Of a stretch of 64,000 bases of DNA, positions 63,401-64,000 are shown one piece after another. The stretch comes from Squalus acanthias (taxonomy: Eukaryota), in the NCBI GenBank assembly GCA_030390025.1, contig CM059432.1, positions 67,086,001-67,150,000 of the forward strand, written 5' to 3'. Under the pieces are notes generated by a model. That model made no database searches. It saw only the letters and a program-made list of their open reading frames with translations, and was not told the DNA's origin. The translations under genes and the position numbers were made by a program. The stretch's first letter is position 1; each line of letters begins with the position of its first letter.

Positions 63401-64000
63401 GTTTATTCGGTTTCTCTCTCTACAGATGCTGCCCGACCTGCTGAGTATTTCCAGCATTGGATTGATGTTAATTGGGTCAAGTTATTTGCCTCATCTCCCT
63501 GATGCTTCTTTCAGTTCGTTAGAACAGTAGAAGACGTTATTCTTCGAGCCACTTCTGTGGTTCATTTCATCGGTACTGATATCAACTATCCTGACTAATA
63601 ATCCATTTCAGCAGTAAGAACTTCTGCGATCTTCCCTGGGCATGTCAATAAAGCATGCAGTTGTTTGAGATGGGAAAAAGAACTTGCATTTATGTAGCAC
63701 GTTATCATGTCTTCACAGCCAAAGAAGTGCTTTTGAAGTGTAGTCACTTATGTAGGTAAATGCAGCATCCCATTTGTACATAAAAAGTCAGACAGCAAAT
63801 AAGACAAATGATTAGCTTCGGTTTATGATGGTATTAGTTGAGGAAGAAATGTTGGCCAGGACACTGGAAGAAAATAGTGCTATAAGATCTTCTATGTCCA
63901 CTCAAACAGACAAGTGAGGCCTTGGTTTAACATCTTAGCTTAAAGATGGTTTCTCCAACAATGCATCATTCCTTCAGTACTAAATTACGTCTTTGGAGTG

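Overview
Vertebrate intronic/exonic genomic DNA, almost certainly a cartilaginous fish (shark-type HE1 and DeuSINE-like SINEs, CR1/HER1-type, L2 and RTE LINEs). The whole window lies inside one minus-strand gene, RB1CC1 (FIP200, the autophagy ULK1-complex scaffold). Seven consecutive coding exons can be placed at base resolution with canonical AG/GT boundaries: 48249-46340, 37240-37075, 26529-26420, 22324-22069, 15857-15806, 7227-7180 and 2944-2886. They run from the LIR-containing disordered region through the coiled coil to the start of the Claw domain. All splice phases are consistent except one: the 26529-26420 exon has one extra A in an A6 run, which as written frameshifts the gene before the Claw domain (most likely a homopolymer assembly error). 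The exon expected just upstream of the 1.9-kb exon was not found in the remaining 15.7 kb, although an orphan donor site sits at 48813/48812 next to a featureless block. The introns are dense in transposons, often nested: a CR1/L2-group LINE carrying a tRNA-like Pol III head, several AAT-flanked TIR elements (Harbinger/PHIS-like), Tigger-like and hAT MITEs with clear target-site duplications, and Penelope-type fragments with a hammerhead-like core. I found no convincing novel multi-gene system. Repeat boundaries are approximate unless a TSD or TIR is quoted, and repeat family names and human protein comparisons come from recall, not from database searches.
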